A stretch of 33,377 nt of DNA. It comes from Perkinsus olseni. Taxonomy: Eukaryota. A model generated the notes under the pieces. That model was not told the DNA's origin and did no database searches. It was given only the letters and a program-made list of their open reading frames with translations. Positions 32,352-33,377 of this stretch are shown here, piece after piece. Both the position numbers and the translations under genes were made by a program. Every line of letters starts with the position of its first letter. The first letter of the stretch is position 1. The stretch covers positions 1 to 33,377 of the forward strand of contig JABANN010000388.1 of assembly GCA_013115125.1 (NCBI GenBank), read 5' to 3'.

Positions 32352-33377
32352 CACAGTGTGAACCCAATACACCTCTCCACAAATTCTTAGCATAAGTGGT
32401 GTGCGACCCCTAATACGTTCATCGAGTCGAATTAAGGCCTGAAATTTCAGTATAACACCCTACTAGATCCTATACACCTCTCCGCCAACGCCTATGATCT
32501 CACTCTACCGACCCACAGAGATCCAGCTTAACCTCACTTTTTCAACTCCACACAATCTTAGCATATTATCTAAGCCTAATAATTCGACTAGTTTATAGCG
32601 ATTAGAAAATCATATCAATCGGCTCATAGAATACTCAGTAGCTCGTCTTAGCACCCTGCAGAGATAAAACATCAACGAGACGCTTAGTAACAGAGTTAGT
32701 GCAACTTTTGATCACCTCGGGAGGAATTTGGGACCAGCAATGGAAAATGGCGGTTCTCAGTTCTGCCAGAGTCCGAAAAATCGGCTTGCCTGGGCCATAG
32801 AGTGTTCTCACCATGTAGCCCCAGATGTTTTCGATTGGGCTGAGGTCAGGGCTTAAGGCTGGCCACTGAACAGACGTCACTCCGCTTGCACGGAGCCACT
32901 CAGCGGTGCTCCTGCTGCTATGGCAAGGAGCGTTGTCTTGCTGGAAGACGATACCTTGGGCCTTGAACTCTTCCCAGTGTGGTAAGAAATGATTGGAGAG
33001 TATCTCCTGATAGGCAGCACTGTTCATGCGGACCGTGACTTCCACTAAGGCCACGGTATGGTCATGTCTGATAGCGCCCCAGACCATCACACCACCGCCG
33101 TTGAAGGCTCGCTTGGTTTTGAGCTGTTCCTGGTCTTCGGGTAGATTCCAGGTGTAGAATAGGCCGTCAGGACCATCAAGGCAGAAGCGCTTTTCGTCAC
33201 TCCACACCCAGTTGCGAAAATCAGTGTTGCCTTGGAGATGCTGGCGAGCGAAGCTCAGGCGCCTGGCCTTGTGGTTGTCCGTCAACGGCGGTGTAGTCTT
33301 CAGCTTCACGTAACGCGCACCCTCATCACGTAGGAACCTCCGTACCGTCTCTGGCGAGACTTGCAGACCAAGTTCGT
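32352..33377 (-). mobile_element. Tc1/mariner superfamily DNA transposon (Tc1/Tc3-like, DD34E), truncated by the window edge
   Basis: Contains a transposase ORF. Probable end TA|CACAGTGTG at 32350-32360, resembling Tc1/Tc3 TA-CAGTG ends. Subterminal direct repeats 32375-32394 vs 32546-32565 (18/20) and 32367-32378 = 32472-32483. Confidence 0.85.
32635..33377 (-). CDS. Tc1/Tc3-type transposase (5' part outside the window)
   Basis: Frame is open to the edge. ELGLQVSPETVRRFL (second HTH), WVWSDEKRFCLDGPDG (first D, Tc3-like), VMVWGAI, FQQDNAPCH and SPDLSPIENIW, with 34 residues between the second D and E. Confidence 0.96.
   Translation of the reverse strand, partial: ELGLQVSPETVRRFLRDEGARYVKLKTTPPLTDNHKARRLSFARQHLQGNTDFRNWVWSDEKRFCLDGPDGLFYTWNLPEDQEQLKTKRAFNGGGVMVWGAIRHDHTVALVEVTVRMNSAAYQEILSNHFLPHWEEFKAQGIVFQQDNAPCHSSRSTAEWLRASGVTSVQWPALSPDLSPIENIWGYMVRTLYGPGKPIFRTLAELRTAIFHCWSQIPPEVIKSCTNSVTKRLVDVLSLQGAKTSY

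Overview
Eukaryotic, gene-dense, intron-rich DNA with mostly 40-100 nt GT-AG introns. The style, plus a 14-nt exact match to the Perkinsus spliced leader, suggests a Perkinsus-like alveolate; this is inference. Well supported: a multi-exon SNF1/AMPK-related kinase with a UBA domain (minus), two tRNA-Val(AAC) and one tRNA-Thr(AGT), two multi-exon coiled-coil genes (one with a CCDC78-like C-terminal motif), an intronless 773-aa secreted Cys-rich protein with a GT77-like glycosyltransferase domain, a four-exon HAD phosphatase, and an intact-looking Tc1/Tc3-type DD34E transposon cut by the right edge. Several further multi-exon hypothetical genes are modelled by eye with low confidence. The most unusual signal is about ten tRNA 3'-half/B-box elements (variable loop + GGTTCRA + acceptor-like strand, often + oligo-T) without convincing 5' halves. 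They cluster at 23.6-28.5 kb and mostly sit inside short introns, two of which they nearly fill, and intact tRNA genes are also nested antisense in introns. Other observations: a spliced-leader-like 20-mer directly followed by GTAAG, a possible relict SL before the intronless gene, an excess of tight A-A'-A fold-back palindromes, a 67-nt intronic hairpin, two recurring short motifs and periodic A/T-tract blocks. All gene models were built manually without alignments or searches.
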